Made by a program: the position numbers and the translations under genes. Positions 36,103-36,515 of a stretch of 36,515 nucleotides of DNA are shown here, piece after piece. How positions within the stretch are numbered: position 1 is the stretch's first letter; each line of letters opens with the position of its first letter. The stretch is from positions 1-36,515 of the forward strand of contig CAZECB010000001.1 of NCBI GenBank assembly GCA_964510745.1, in the 5' to 3' direction. The notes beneath the pieces were generated by a model. It saw nothing but the letters and a program-made list of their open reading frames with translations. It did no database searches and was not told the DNA's origin. Origin of the DNA: an uncultured Flavobacteriaceae bacterium. GTDB lineage: Bacteria > Bacteroidota > Bacteroidia > Flavobacteriales > Flavobacteriaceae.

Positions 36103-36515
36103 TTATCCTTCAATATGCTTAGAGTAGGTACGCCATTTATCAATACACTGTTGCATATCGTCTGGCATATCTATAGAAAAAGATAAGTTCTCTCCTGTTT
36201 TAGGGTGTACAAACCCAAGAGTCTTGGCATGTAATGCTTGTCGCGGTAATATTTTAAAACAATTTTCTACAAATTGTTTGTATTTTGTAAATGTGGTTCC
36301 TTTTAAAATACGTTCACCACCATAACGCTCATCATTGAATAACGTATGTCCAATATACTTCATATGTACACGAATTTGATGTGTACGTCCTGTTTCAAGT
36401 TTACAAGACAATAAGGTTACATATCCTAACCGCTCTAAAACCTTATAATGTGTAATGGCAGGTTTTCCTTTTTCATGAGCCTCATCGTCTTCAAAAACAG
36501 TATTCTGTAAACGAT
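36103..36515 (-). CDS. rluD: RluA/RluD family pseudouridine synthase, 3' part (starts outside window)
   Basis: Frame open to the window end: GKPAITHYKVLE, LETGRTHQIRVHM, RQALHA..LGF.HP. Confidence 0.9.
   Translation of the reverse strand, partial: RLQNTVFEDDEAHEKGKPAITHYKVLERLGYVTLLSCKLETGRTHQIRVHMKYIGHTLFNDERYGGERILKGTTFTKYKQFVENCFKILPRQALHAKTLGFVHPKTGENLSFSIDMPDDMQQCIDKWRTYSKHIEG

Overview
This is an AT-rich bacterial chromosome segment, very probably marine Flavobacteriaceae (Bacteroidota): it has TAnnTTTG promoters, a GLPGLI protein and Flavobacteria-type trp gene order. Left (1-8237): a thioredoxin/TlpA pair, marR, and a complete trpEGDCFBA operon preceded by an unannotated Trp-Trp-Trp leader peptide and attenuator. 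Middle (~8240-32260): a ~24 kb accessory region with no visible integrase or transposase. It holds a decayed LipL32-like gene, two tandem ECF sigma/anti-sigma pairs whose two different promoter motifs recur in front of downstream genes, exported hydrolases and lipoproteins, an ABC ATPase plus an ABC-permease/M1-peptidase fusion, a LytTR two-component module next to an acyltransferase-SurE-alkaline phosphatase operon, and a deletion scar. Right (32408-36515): VF530, a DEAD-box helicase, a UDG-family gene, yaaA and a partial RluA/RluD gene. The most striking non-gene signal is a family of GTCAT...ATGAC palindromic REP-like elements. They occupy four trp intergenic spacers and also sit in frame inside two protein-coding genes (trpF and the UDG-family gene). 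All family calls come from motif recognition by eye; no database search was run.
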